A stretch of DNA of 64,000 bases from an uncultured Desulfuromonadaceae bacterium (lineage in GTDB: Bacteria; SDB-A): positions 134-64,133 of the forward strand of contig CAYNIW010000003.1 in NCBI GenBank assembly GCA_964397545.1, written 5' to 3'. Of this stretch, positions 45,777-55,324 are shown piece after piece. The stretch's first letter is position 1. Each line of letters begins with the position of its first letter. The notes below the pieces were generated by a model. That model was not told where the DNA came from and searched no databases. It saw only the letters and a list, made by a program, of their open reading frames with translations. The position numbers and the translations under genes were made by a program.

Positions 45777-47230
45777 CCTGCCTCCTCGAGCGCTATCCGC
45801 GCCTCTTCACTGTCATCGAATCTGAATTCCGTTGCGCCTACTATTTGGGTTGTTTCATGTCCTTTACCGCAGATAACTACTACGGCATTTTCTACTGCTT
45901 TATTTATCGCCTCCTTTATGGCTTCTTTTCTGTTTCTGATCACAAGCGGTTTTTTTCTCATCCCTGCGGCGATTTCTTCGATAATTTTTTCAGCGTCTTC
46001 GCCTCTGGGATTGTCGTCCGTCAATATGACTGCATCGGAATATTTTTCGGCAGTTTTTCCCATAATCGGTCTTTTTAGCCTGTCCCTTTCACCTCCGCAG
46101 CCGAATACAGTTATGAGCTTTGCAGGTTTTAGACCCCTGAGGCTTAAAAGCAGATTTTCCATGGCATCCGGCGTGTGTGCAAAATCTACAAAAACGCCGA
46201 ACGGAGCTTCAGATTTTATCTTCTGCATTCTGCCCGGAATTGTTTTAACAGATTCAATACCTTCCTTTACGCTTTGATGAGTTAAACCTAACTTTATCGC
46301 GCAAGCGGAAGCTCCAACTGCGTTGAGAATATTTATCGCCCCCGGTATATTAAGTTTTATTTCAAAATCAATGTTCTCCCCCTTCAAAAAAAAACACGAA
46401 CCTTCAAAATCAGAAGAGATTCGATCCGCCCGGAAATCGGCATTGTTTTTCATGGAATAAAAATAAACCGGCTTGTCAGTGGACTTAGTTATTTCATCTT
46501 TTCTGCCAACAGATTCACTCACGCATGAGAAGGAGTTTTTTTTCATAAGTGAAAAGATACCGAGTTTCGCGTTGAAGTAAGACCTGATATCTCCATGAAA
46601 GTCAAGATGATCGTGTCCGAAACTAGTAAATACCACTGCGTTGAATTTCATGTATTCAGCGCGGCCCAAGGCGAGAGAGTGGGACGAGACTTCAGCCACT
46701 ACATGCGTAACTCTTTTGCTTTTCATTTTACCAAGCAGCCTCGTAATCTCTAGCGCTTGAGGAGTTGTATTATAGGCTTTTTCTTTTTCGTCCGGAAAAT
46801 AATGACCTGTAGTCCCTATCATTCCCGATTTCAAACCGGCTCTATTAAATATTGATCTGAGCATGAAAGATAAGGTTGTTTTACCGTTTGTGCCCGTTAC
46901 ACCTGTTATCACAAGATTTTTTACGGGATCATCATATATGAAATCGGCTATCTCCATCGCAATTTTCTCCGGCTGTTTTGATAATATCTGCGCGACAGGA
47001 CGTTTTAATTCCACAAGTTTATCTGAGAGAATCGCCGAGGCGCCTTTTTCAATTGCTATTTTCGCCCACTCTCTACCTGAAGAATTTTTCCCGTCTAAAG
47101 CCGCGAATATATCACCTTTTTCAATTGTTCTTGAATCTGGTCCTATACCGCTCACTTGGGTCTTTTCCGTTTTTTCCCCGACAATTTCAATAGAAGGGAA
47201 GCGCAGGCGAATATCTTTTAACGTCTTCAT
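45761..47230 (-). CDS. murE: UDP-MurNAc-L-Ala-D-Glu--meso-diaminopimelate ligase
   Basis: VTGTNGKTT, TTP, EVSSH, DHLDFH, DFAHTPD, DNPR (mDAP-type specificity motif), GKGHE. Confidence 0.95.
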   Translation of the reverse strand: MKTLKDIRLRFPSIEIVGEKTEKTQVSGIGPDSRTIEKGDIFAALDGKNSSGREWAKIAIEKGASAILSDKLVELKRPVAQILSKQPEKIAMEIADFIYDDPVKNLVITGVTGTNGKTTLSFMLRSIFNRAGLKSGMIGTTGHYFPDEKEKAYNTTPQALEITRLLGKMKSKRVTHVVAEVSSHSLALGRAEYMKFNAVVFTSFGHDHLDFHGDIRSYFNAKLGIFSLMKKNSFSCVSESVGRKDEITKSTDKPVYFYSMKNNADFRADRISSDFEGSCFFLKGENIDFEIKLNIPGAINILNAVGASACAIKLGLTHQSVKEGIESVKTIPGRMQKIKSEAPFGVFVDFAHTPDAMENLLLSLRGLKPAKLITVFGCGGERDRLKRPIMGKTAEKYSDAVILTDDNPRGEDAEKIIEEIAAGMRKKPLVIRNRKEAIKEAINKAVENAVVVICGKGHETTQIVGATEFRFDDSEEARIALEEAGWKSN

Positions 47231-48873
47231 AAATTTATTCTCGCGGTCTCAATTATGTTCATCGTTCCGACTATGTAACGCGCAATTTCCTTGAAAACAG
47301 GTGAAGCTACAGCCCCTCCATAATAAACACCTTTTGGCTCTTCAATAACCACACAGATTACGTATTTGGGATCTTCTGCCGGGAAAAATCCTATGAAGGA
47401 TGAAATATAAGCGTCTTCCCTGTAACCTCCGCTTTCAGATGCGATCTGAGCTGTTCCGGTCTTTCCCGCTACACAAACCCCCTGAATTCTTGCGTTTCTT
47501 CCAGTCCCCTCTTCCACAGCCATCACAAGGAGGTTTGTGAGAGTATCCGCCAAATCTTTTGAAAGCACTCTTCTTATCGTGTCTGTTCTTTTTATCATCG
47601 CCCCTCTGACCGGCGACACGATACTGTCGACGATTTTCGGCCTTATCAAAAATCCGCCGTTTGCCACGGCGGCGTAGGCTGAAGCCATTTGCAGCGGGGT
47701 CACCGATAAGCCTTGTCCGAATGAAATTGTTGCCAACCTGACATCCATCCATAGATTTTCGCTCGGTATATTGCCTCTTGCTTCATGGGGAAGGTCAATT
47801 TCCGTTTTTTCGCCGAAACCGAATAGCAAAATATACTTATACAAAACGCCCTTTCCTGTTCTTTTTGCGACATTTACCATTCCTACATTCGATGAATGGA
47901 CGAAAGCTCCCCTGAAATCAAGAGGTCCATGCTTTTCTGCGTCTTTTATAACATAATCACCGATTTGGATTCTGCAATCTCCCGTCTCTACAAGTTCCTC
48001 GAGCTCTGTGGACCGCGAAGACAAAGCCGCAGCGGTGGTTATCAGCTTGAAAGTAGAACCTGGTTCATATTGCCAATCCACGGCCATGTTTAGGTTCTTT
48101 CCGCCGATAGTAGCCATAGCTCTAACTTCTCCTGTCCCGGGGTCCAGAACGATTACTGAGCCGGATTTTGCCGAATGGCTTTCAACCGCTTTTCTCAGTG
48201 AGTTATAGGCAATTTCTTGAATATCCATGTCTATGCTCAAATAGACATCGTCGCCCCTGAACCTCGTCCTCTGAAGAGCTGAAGGTCCGATATACATGTT
48301 CCCCTTCTGGGTCAACGACATCACTGCAGTGTCTTTTTCACCTCTTAGAAACTTGTCGAATGTATATTCAATTCCTGACAACCCTTTATTGGAAGGATCG
48401 ACTGACCCAATTAGATTATTGAATACTTGCTCTCTGCCGTAATATCTAATCTGATCGTAATAAACACCTACTCCGGGAATCATTTCCCTCTTTACGGCAC
48501 TGCATAGTTCTTCCGGCGCATCTCTTTTTATCCAAGTAAAACCGGCTCTTCCATCGATTGTCTGAAGTATTTCCTCAAAGCTTGACACGCCCAAGCTTTC
48601 TAAATTCCTTGCGCATTGGATTTTGTTATCGACGCTTTCAGGGTAAACGAATATTGAAATCGCCTTGTGTGAATATGCCACACACCTGGACTTTCTGTCC
48701 AGAATCGAGCCCCTGAGCATTTCCGGAGAGAAGTTGTAGGCTGTTATTTCTCTCGCTTTTTGTCTGTATTCTTCCGACATAGCTACTTTACCCAGTTCAA
48801 GAGAGAACAAAACAAGCAAGGCGAAAGCTAAAACAGTAAGGATCTCTATCTTGGGATGTTTTTTTCTAATCAT
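47227..48873 (-). CDS. ftsI: Class B penicillin-binding protein FtsI/PBP2-type
   Basis: RGSILDR, YEPGSTFK (SxxK), SSN (SxN), GKTGTAQ (KTG). Confidence 0.93.
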   Translation of the reverse strand: MIRKKHPKIEILTVLAFALLVLFSLELGKVAMSEEYRQKAREITAYNFSPEMLRGSILDRKSRCVAYSHKAISIFVYPESVDNKIQCARNLESLGVSSFEEILQTIDGRAGFTWIKRDAPEELCSAVKREMIPGVGVYYDQIRYYGREQVFNNLIGSVDPSNKGLSGIEYTFDKFLRGEKDTAVMSLTQKGNMYIGPSALQRTRFRGDDVYLSIDMDIQEIAYNSLRKAVESHSAKSGSVIVLDPGTGEVRAMATIGGKNLNMAVDWQYEPGSTFKLITTAAALSSRSTELEELVETGDCRIQIGDYVIKDAEKHGPLDFRGAFVHSSNVGMVNVAKRTGKGVLYKYILLFGFGEKTEIDLPHEARGNIPSENLWMDVRLATISFGQGLSVTPLQMASAYAAVANGGFLIRPKIVDSIVSPVRGAMIKRTDTIRRVLSKDLADTLTNLLVMAVEEGTGRNARIQGVCVAGKTGTAQIASESGGYREDAYISSFIGFFPAEDPKYVICVVIEEPKGVYYGGAVASPVFKEIARYIVGTMNIIETARINL

Positions 48874-49180
48874 CTTCGAAAATTTCCATTCCTACCATTT
48901 GAATCGCTTTGTATTCTTGATTTCCAACGAAAACAAACTTCAGCGTTTCAGCCATCTGCTTTACAAATGCAGCGGAAAAATACATATCGTCCATTTTTAT
49001 CTGGGATTTGAGGAGATTCTGATTTTTCCTGTCAATCTCTCTTTCTATTGAAAAAGCCTCGTTTACAAGAGCCATCTCTTCTGATCTCTGCTTCACGGTC
49101 AAAAAAAACCCCGCAAAAACAATTAAGCCTATGAAAGCCGACAATGTCAGGATTTTTTTCAACTGTAAAACTCCGCACAC
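48866..49180 (-). CDS. FtsL-like bitopic coiled-coil protein
   Basis: One TM helix plus coiled coil, at the ftsL position between rsmH and ftsI; start uncertain. Confidence 0.6.
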   Translation of the reverse strand: MCGVLQLKKILTLSAFIGLIVFAGFFLTVKQRSEEMALVNEAFSIEREIDRKNQNLLKSQIKMDDMYFSAAFVKQMAETLKFVFVGNQEYKAIQMVGMEIFEDD

Positions 49181-50043
49181 CTCAAATGGGCGCTTCTCGA
49201 TTTTTTATTCTTGAGTTTTTCTTCTTTAGAAGGCTTAATAACCCGTTTAAAAAACCTTTTGGCAATTTTTTTATTTTCCCATTCAATCATCTTGTTTTTT
49301 ACGATAGTATCTTCGACAGAGTGGTATGATATGATAATTAACCTTGCCCCCGGTTTGAGCATTTGTGGTATTGTCTCAAGAAGCCCTGAAAGTTCTTCGA
49401 TTTCGTCGTTGACCTCAATCCTGAATGATTGAAAAACCCGCGAAAGTCTTTTAGCGGCATCATGTCTGATACCTTTTTTTCTGACAATTTCGACAAGATC
49501 TTGCGTGGTTTTAATATTGTCTCTGTTTTCAAATACGGCTTTGGCTATGGCTTTAGTCCCGTCTCTTCTGCCCGATAAAGAAAGTATTTCACATAGCTTA
49601 TCAAGAGAAGATTCCGAAAGAACGCTCTTAAGACTTTTTTCTTGAGACGCGTCCATTTTCATGTCGAGAGGGGAGTTGTTTTTATAACTAAAACCCCTGT
49701 CTGACATTAACTGCATATTGGACATTCCCAGGTCGGCGAGGATCCCGTCAAATATATTTGAACCATTTATCTTGTTGATTTCCGAAAATTTGATATGAAA
49801 ATATTTTGTCACCGAAGAATAATCCGAGAGGCGGTTTTTAGCGTAGTCCAAAGCTCCTGCATCCCTGTCGACACAAGCCAAATAAGAAGGCTTCAGGGAC
49901 TTTAATATCCAATAACTATGCCCTCCCTGACCGACAGTGAGATCGGCAAATCTTCCGCTGTAGAATTTGGAAAACAAAGCGACGACAAAAGGAACCATTA
50001 CCGGAACATGTTCATCCTTTGAAGGTATTCCGGTAAACTTCAT
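49159..50043 (-). CDS. rsmH: 16S rRNA m4C1402 methyltransferase
   Basis: HVPVM, DLTVGQGGHS, ADLG, FQSFRIEVNDE, ISYHSVED, SRSAHLR. Confidence 0.95.
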   Translation of the reverse strand: MKFTGIPSKDEHVPVMVPFVVALFSKFYSGRFADLTVGQGGHSYWILKSLKPSYLACVDRDAGALDYAKNRLSDYSSVTKYFHIKFSEINKINGSNIFDGILADLGMSNMQLMSDRGFSYKNNSPLDMKMDASQEKSLKSVLSESSLDKLCEILSLSGRRDGTKAIAKAVFENRDNIKTTQDLVEIVRKKGIRHDAAKRLSRVFQSFRIEVNDEIEELSGLLETIPQMLKPGARLIIISYHSVEDTIVKNKMIEWENKKIAKRFFKRVIKPSKEEKLKNKKSRSAHLRCAEFYS

Positions 50044-50333
50044 TTTGTCAGATCCGATTTCCAGTTATATCCGGAAAGATTCAGGACAGTTAAGAAATAA
50101 CTGCTGACATTTTTGAGTCTGAGGTTTTTACCTCTCGATTTTAGTTTTGATTTCAACGTTTCGAGTAAAATGCCGGATTGAAAATGCATATAATTGAGAC
50201 CCTTAAAATCGAGGATTATTTCATTTTCATCTCCCTGAGCGAGACTTTCGAGCCTGCTCATTATCGAAGGTTCTTTGAAAGGGTTAAAACCTCCGGATAT
50301 ATGAACGACTTTTCTCACTATTCTTTTTCTCAT
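50040..50333 (-). CDS. STAS domain protein (atypical)
   Basis: IILDFKGLNYM...KLKSRGKNLRLKNVSSYFLTVLNLSG fits the STAS pattern; 4-nt overlaps with both mraZ and rsmH. Confidence 0.75.
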   Translation of the reverse strand: MRKRIVRKVVHISGGFNPFKEPSIMSRLESLAQGDENEIILDFKGLNYMHFQSGILLETLKSKLKSRGKNLRLKNVSSYFLTVLNLSGYNWKSDLTK

Positions 50334-50758
50334 ATCTCCAGACCTTCGAAATAATTCACGATGTTTTCGTCAATTTTTTCCATTACCGGTTCATAGTATT
50401 CGTTGGACCACAACTCTATGACGTTACCTCTTCCCACGGCTGTTATCTCTTTTATTATTCCGGCGAAAACCATAAGTTCTGAAGGAATTTTCATTCTTCC
50501 CTTTCCGTCAATGTCAATATAGTCGCCAGACCCGATAAAATAGCGCAAAACACTTCTTACTTCATTTTTACTGACAGGAAGCCCAAGAAGTTTTTTTTCG
50601 AATTCAGTCCAGTCGGAGACGGTATATAAATTCAGGCATTTGTCAAACCCTCTGGTCAAGAACATCTTGTTTTCGCCGAGGTCTTTTCTGTATCTCGAGG
50701 GAAGGAAAAAACGTCCTTTTTCGTCTATTGAGCATCTGTGCGTTCCATAAAAACCCAT
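50330..50758 (-). CDS. mraZ: dcw cluster transcriptional repressor MraZ
   Basis: FYGTHRCSIDEKGRFFLP, DGKGRMKIP, VIELW; first gene of the dcw operon. Confidence 0.95.
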   Translation of the reverse strand: MGFYGTHRCSIDEKGRFFLPSRYRKDLGENKMFLTRGFDKCLNLYTVSDWTEFEKKLLGLPVSKNEVRSVLRYFIGSGDYIDIDGKGRMKIPSELMVFAGIIKEITAVGRGNVIELWSNEYYEPVMEKIDENIVNYFEGLEI

Positions 50759-50788
50759 TTTAACCCCTTTTTACCCATTTTTTCCCAC
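50754..50788 (-). promoter_or_regulatory. Four MraZ-box direct repeats
   Basis: GTGGG (50788), ATGGG (50778), AGGGG (50768), ATGGG (50758) at exact 10-bp periodicity; the fourth contains the mraZ ATG. Confidence 0.8.
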
Positions 50789-50793
50789 AGCTT

Positions 50794-50822
50794 ATTAAAA
50801 TAAACCTGCGCAACATTGTCAA
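50794..50822 (-). promoter_or_regulatory. Sigma70 promoter of the dcw operon
   Basis: TTGACA (50822-50817), 17 bp, TTTAAT (50799-50794); predicted start site overlaps the first MraZ box. Confidence 0.75.
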
Positions 50823-50866
50823 GTATTATTTTCAATTCCTTATATGGAGTTAATAACCAAAACTTG

Positions 50867-50895
50867 TTGTCCAACGAAGATAAAATAAATATACT
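50867..50895 (+). promoter_or_regulatory. Sigma70 promoter of rarA
   Basis: TTGTCC, 17 bp, TATACT; ends 15 nt before the ATG. Confidence 0.55.
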
Positions 50896-50910
50896 TAAAT
50901 CAAGGTAGAA

Positions 50911-52164
50911 ATGGATAACACTCCTCTGGCAGAAAGAATCAGGCCTAAAAGGCTATCTGAGTTTTTCGGACAAGGGCATATCCTCGGTGAAGGAACAGAA
51001 CTTAATTACTGTTTTAAAAATAAAAGATTTCCTTCCATGATATTTTGGGGCCCCCCGGGAACAGGCAAAACAACTTTGGCTAAAATAATATCCATGGAGA
51101 ACCCTCAGATTCCATTTCATTCTGAAAGCGCGGTTTTGATAGGAGTGAACAGAATAAGGGAAATAGCGAATTCGAGCTCTATCGGAATTTTTGGGAAATC
51201 ATTTCTTTTTCTGGACGAAATACACAGATTTTCGAAATCACAACAAGATGTTCTTCTCCCTTTCGCTGAAAAGGGAACGATTGTCCTGATAGGTTCAACT
51301 ACAGAAAACCCTTCATTCTATATCAATCCTCCTTTGCTCTCAAGAGTCAGGCTTTTTATTTTTGAAACCCTGTCAGAAAATGATTTACTTCAAGTATTGA
51401 AAAGAGCTCTGAAGCAATATCCACAAATGAAAATCCCATCGGGGCTAATGAAAAAAATTGCTGCTGCCGCAGAAGGCGACGCGCGAAGAGCTCTTAATCT
51501 GCTCGAATCCTGCTCTCAAGCTTCCGGCAATGAAAAAGAACTGGACAGAAGATTTCACAAAACACTTCTCTTTGATAAAAAAGGAGATTTTTTTTACGAC
51601 ACTATCAGTGCTTTTCACAAGAGTGTCCGGTCAAGTGATCCTCAGGGAACTTTGTATTATCTTGCGAGAATGGTCGTCTCAGGAACAGATCCCCAATACA
51701 TTCTCAGACGGATGATAAGAATAGCTTCCGAAGACGTGGGTATGGCCGACCCAAACGCCCTCACCGTAGCCGTCCAGGCAAGGCTCGCTTTTGACCTTGT
51801 CGGCATGCCCGAAGCCGAACTGGCTTTAGCTGAAGCCGCTGTGTATCTTTCCACTGCCCCGAAATCAAATTCTCTTTACAAGGCTTGGTCCAAGGTCAGC
51901 TCCGCCGTGAAGAAGACAGGAAACTTGCCGGTTCCCCTCCATCTTAGAAACGCGCCTACTGACCTCGCGGAGAAAATGGGACACGGTCAAGATTACAAAT
52001 ATGATCACGATTTTCCTGACGCTTTTTCAGGGCAAGAAACGCTGCCTCCGGTTCTTTCCAACAATAAATTCTATGATCCGTCTGACAGGGCGTTTGAAAA
52101 GGAAATCAAAAAAAGAATGGAATGGTGGAAAAAAAGAAAATCAGAAATAGATAAAAATAAATAG
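50911..52164 (+). CDS. rarA: Replication-associated recombination protein A (RarA/MgsA)
   Basis: PLAERIRPK, WGPPGTGKTT, LDEIHRFSKSQQD, TTENPSF, ISAFHKSVRSSD, IASEDVG, PKSNS. Confidence 0.96.
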   Translation: MDNTPLAERIRPKRLSEFFGQGHILGEGTELNYCFKNKRFPSMIFWGPPGTGKTTLAKIISMENPQIPFHSESAVLIGVNRIREIANSSSIGIFGKSFLFLDEIHRFSKSQQDVLLPFAEKGTIVLIGSTTENPSFYINPPLLSRVRLFIFETLSENDLLQVLKRALKQYPQMKIPSGLMKKIAAAAEGDARRALNLLESCSQASGNEKELDRRFHKTLLFDKKGDFFYDTISAFHKSVRSSDPQGTLYYLARMVVSGTDPQYILRRMIRIASEDVGMADPNALTVAVQARLAFDLVGMPEAELALAEAAVYLSTAPKSNSLYKAWSKVSSAVKKTGNLPVPLHLRNAPTDLAEKMGHGQDYKYDHDFPDAFSGQETLPPVLSNNKFYDPSDRAFEKEIKKRMEWWKKRKSEIDKNK

Positions 52165-52167
52165 AGG

Positions 52168-54480
52168 TTATTTGTATTTTTTTATTCTGTCTTTAATGTC
52201 CGAAAAGTCCGGATACACTTTCATTATCTGAAAGAACTGATGCTTGGCCTTTTCGTCTTCGCCGTTTTCTTCGTATAAATTGCCAAGAAGATACCTTATG
52301 CCGACAAGTTCGTTCTCGTTGAACTCGTTTCTGGATAATACTTCCTCAAGCTGTCTGACAGCAGCGAATTTTTTTTCAAGTTCGATTAGGCAGTTCGCTA
52401 TCATTTCAATGGATTTGACATAAGACTTCTTGGATTTCGTAGCTATGTTGAATTCCTCCATCGCTTCCTCTATCAAACCCATTTCCTTGAATGTAATCCC
52501 TAAATCGTAATGCGCGTCGAAATTCTCCCTCTCTGTTGAACTTATACTCTGATAGACTTCTTCTTTGAACTCGTCTATCAGAGAACCCATACCCTCTCCG
52601 GGAATTTTACTTTTCTGGTGCTCGTGTTCAAGCAGTTCACTTAGGTTCAAGGATCCGTTAATTTGCTCGTTCATGGCAGGTTTTGCGACATCTCTCGACA
52701 CTACTCCGGGATTGTCAGGCGCAAGTTTTCTAAGTTTTTTCATGGTGTCTTCAGCGTCAACGAAAGCTCCTCTCAGCTTTTGACAGTCATATAGATAAAT
52801 ATATGCTTTTACAGCTTTACCGCTGTCTTCGAGCTTCAGAGCTATCTGAACCATTTTCTGCCTTGGTCTTAGCTCGAACGGCCTGAGATCTACTATTTTT
52901 TCATAAAGGCTCCATGACTTCTCTAATTGCGTTTCGTCGTAATAGGCATCTGCGGCTTGATAAAGATAATCCACGGCTTCTTCTACTTCGCCCACGGAAA
53001 GAAGAAGCTCCGCCTGCTCTTCAAATTCTTCCCAAGTAGATCTCTCCGTCAGCATTTTATTTTGTGTTTCTTTAAGCTCTCCGATCGCTTTGCTGTCAAG
53101 CATCTCTTTTGCAAGTTCAGCGGCAAGATCGCTCCATGAGTCAACACTCCCCTCAAGAAGCGAATCGAGCGATAAAGACTGATCCAGAGAAGACATTGCC
53201 ACTGTGTCTTCTCTTTTCTTTACTTTCTCATTGACTTCTATCCTCTGCAGGTTGTCCTGAACAAAAACCGTATCAGTCGTCTTGATTTCCTTCATTTCCT
53301 TTATCAATTCATCAAGATCAAGACCGGCTATAAGATCCGGAGGTTCCGAATATTCTTCCTTGTCCTCTTCTATCAGATCAAAAAGTTCTTCAGTGGGTTT
53401 GTTCTGCATCCGGGCTGGAGTTATACTTTCAGAAGTGTCTTTCCCTGCTTTTTCTTTTACGGGCATTTTTTTCGGTTCGAATATGTCCTCAAGAGTTATC
53501 CCTTCGTCAACTTTTAAGGCGCTTATGTCAAGTTCTATGTCCTTTGAAGGTTTTAACGCCTTATCTGTATCTTCCTTCATATCAAGAGAGCCGAACGATT
53601 CTTCTCCGCCTATCTTTGATAGAGTCGGCAGGGCAGCCAACTGTGAATCTTCAAGTTTTATTTCAACATAAGGGTTTGTTTCAGCTTCCTTTTCTTTTTC
53701 TGCAACTGGAAAATCGTCATAGAAATTTTGCGTTATAGCCGAGGCAATCTCTTCATTGTCAGCTATTTCTTTAGCCGTGGCTTCATCTTCAGAGACAAAT
53801 TCTCCCAGCATGAAGCCGACATCCCCTCTTTCATCTTCAGTATATTCTTTTGTTTTTCCTGAGATAACAGTAGTCATCTTGGATTTAACAGATCCAATTT
53901 TATTTTCAAGATTGCGGACAGTTTTCGGATCGTTCTCTTTCTGAAAATATTTTTTCATAAATTCGTAATTTTCGACTGCTTTCTGATATTGACCTTTCTG
54001 TTCCAGAAGATCTGAATATTTTTCCCTTATCTGCATGTTCATAGGTTCGAGCTCAACAATTTTGTCGAATGATTTGAACGCCTCGCTTAGATTGTTCTGC
54101 TCAATTTTCTTAAACCCGTAGGAAGTGAGTTCTTTTATCGCTTCCGCTATCATGTTTCTTTTTAAATACAACTGAGCCTTGTCAAATCCGAGTTCTTCTT
54201 CATCGCCTCTCATAATTCTAGATAAACGGCGATAAATGCCGAGCGCTTCATTCCACATATCTAATTTTTCGTAAAGCTTCGCGGACATCAAAAAATGTTC
54301 TTTAGCGTCGTTAATTTTGCCTGTCCTCTCAAAAAGATCTCCGAGCTGCTGATGAACTTCGGGAGCGTCATTAGAATCTAGAATTTTCCTGCAAATCATT
54401 ATCGCTTCGTCATAACGCTTTTGACGCATAAAATCAGTAGCCTGTTTCAGAATACGTCTTTCACTCTGAGAAAGAGGCAT
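52168..54480 (-). CDS. Large cytoplasmic TPR protein with acidic linkers (SgmX-like architecture)
   Basis: N-terminal TPRs, acidic linker (~aa 210-480), middle TPRs, and C-terminal TPRs beginning AHYDLGITFKEMGLIEEAMEEF. Confidence 0.75.
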   Translation of the reverse strand: MPLSQSERRILKQATDFMRQKRYDEAIMICRKILDSNDAPEVHQQLGDLFERTGKINDAKEHFLMSAKLYEKLDMWNEALGIYRRLSRIMRGDEEELGFDKAQLYLKRNMIAEAIKELTSYGFKKIEQNNLSEAFKSFDKIVELEPMNMQIREKYSDLLEQKGQYQKAVENYEFMKKYFQKENDPKTVRNLENKIGSVKSKMTTVISGKTKEYTEDERGDVGFMLGEFVSEDEATAKEIADNEEIASAITQNFYDDFPVAEKEKEAETNPYVEIKLEDSQLAALPTLSKIGGEESFGSLDMKEDTDKALKPSKDIELDISALKVDEGITLEDIFEPKKMPVKEKAGKDTSESITPARMQNKPTEELFDLIEEDKEEYSEPPDLIAGLDLDELIKEMKEIKTTDTVFVQDNLQRIEVNEKVKKREDTVAMSSLDQSLSLDSLLEGSVDSWSDLAAELAKEMLDSKAIGELKETQNKMLTERSTWEEFEEQAELLLSVGEVEEAVDYLYQAADAYYDETQLEKSWSLYEKIVDLRPFELRPRQKMVQIALKLEDSGKAVKAYIYLYDCQKLRGAFVDAEDTMKKLRKLAPDNPGVVSRDVAKPAMNEQINGSLNLSELLEHEHQKSKIPGEGMGSLIDEFKEEVYQSISSTERENFDAHYDLGITFKEMGLIEEAMEEFNIATKSKKSYVKSIEMIANCLIELEKKFAAVRQLEEVLSRNEFNENELVGIRYLLGNLYEENGEDEKAKHQFFQIMKVYPDFSDIKDRIKKYK

Positions 54481-55310
54481 TAAAAATAGTCTCCCTTTCT
54501 GAAGCCGAGCATTTCTGCCACTTCGGCAACAAGGTTTTCGTCTATTGGTTTTTTATTGCTCAGAGCACCTTCAAACAGAAGGTTATCGCAAAGAGAGTTC
54601 GTGGTTCTCGGACTGCCCTTGGCATACTTAAAAATCAAAGCATAAGCGTTTTGTGTGAAAATTGAAGGATCTCCTCCTACGGTGGCAAATCTATGCTGTA
54701 TGTATTTTACTGTAGACTGAAAGTCCATAGGATTCAAAATAAGCCTCAAAGCCGCTCTCTGTGAAAGAGATTCGTTTTTGTCAAGGTGTTCAATGAATTC
54801 TGTTGTCCCAAAAAGAATAAAAGTCATTATTCTTCGGCTCCCTCTTTCAAGATTAAGAAAGCCTCGAATTTCTTCAAGTTGATCGGGATTAGTCATTTTA
54901 TTGGCTTCATCTATAAGAATGACTGTATGTTTATTTTCGTTATCGTAAAGAAGCAGTCTTTTCGTCACAAGAGCCAGCGCTTCCGTTTTGTCATCAGGAA
55001 TTTCTCTCATTCCGAGAAGGCCTGCTATTCTCTTCACGAGCCAGCCGGGTTCAAATTCACTGTGCATAAGGACGAGAAGGCCAGATTGAATATTTTTATC
55101 GCTTCTTAAAAGGTGGAGGAGGTGTCTTGCCATGGTAGTTTTACCCGAACCTACACAGCCCGTCAGAATTCCGAGTCCTTTTCTGTCTTTGGCGATTCTA
55201 AGAAGCCGTGAATAAATCCTTGTGTATTCGTTGCCTGGATAAAAGAATCTCAGGTCAGGAACATTGTTGAAAGGATCTTCTTTAAGCCCGTAAAAATCCC
55301 TGTAGTGCAT
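54480..55310 (-). CDS. ExeA/GspA-family AAA ATPase (ATPase domain only)
   Basis: YRDFYGLKEDPFNNVPDLRFFY, Walker A GCVGSGKT, Walker B VILIDEA, GSPRTTNSLCDNLL; ATG 55310 follows GGAG. Confidence 0.9.
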   Translation of the reverse strand: MHYRDFYGLKEDPFNNVPDLRFFYPGNEYTRIYSRLLRIAKDRKGLGILTGCVGSGKTTMARHLLHLLRSDKNIQSGLLVLMHSEFEPGWLVKRIAGLLGMREIPDDKTEALALVTKRLLLYDNENKHTVILIDEANKMTNPDQLEEIRGFLNLERGSRRIMTFILFGTTEFIEHLDKNESLSQRAALRLILNPMDFQSTVKYIQHRFATVGGDPSIFTQNAYALIFKYAKGSPRTTNSLCDNLLFEGALSNKKPIDENLVAEVAEMLGFRKGDYF

Positions 55311-55324
55311 ATATTCTCCTGTCA

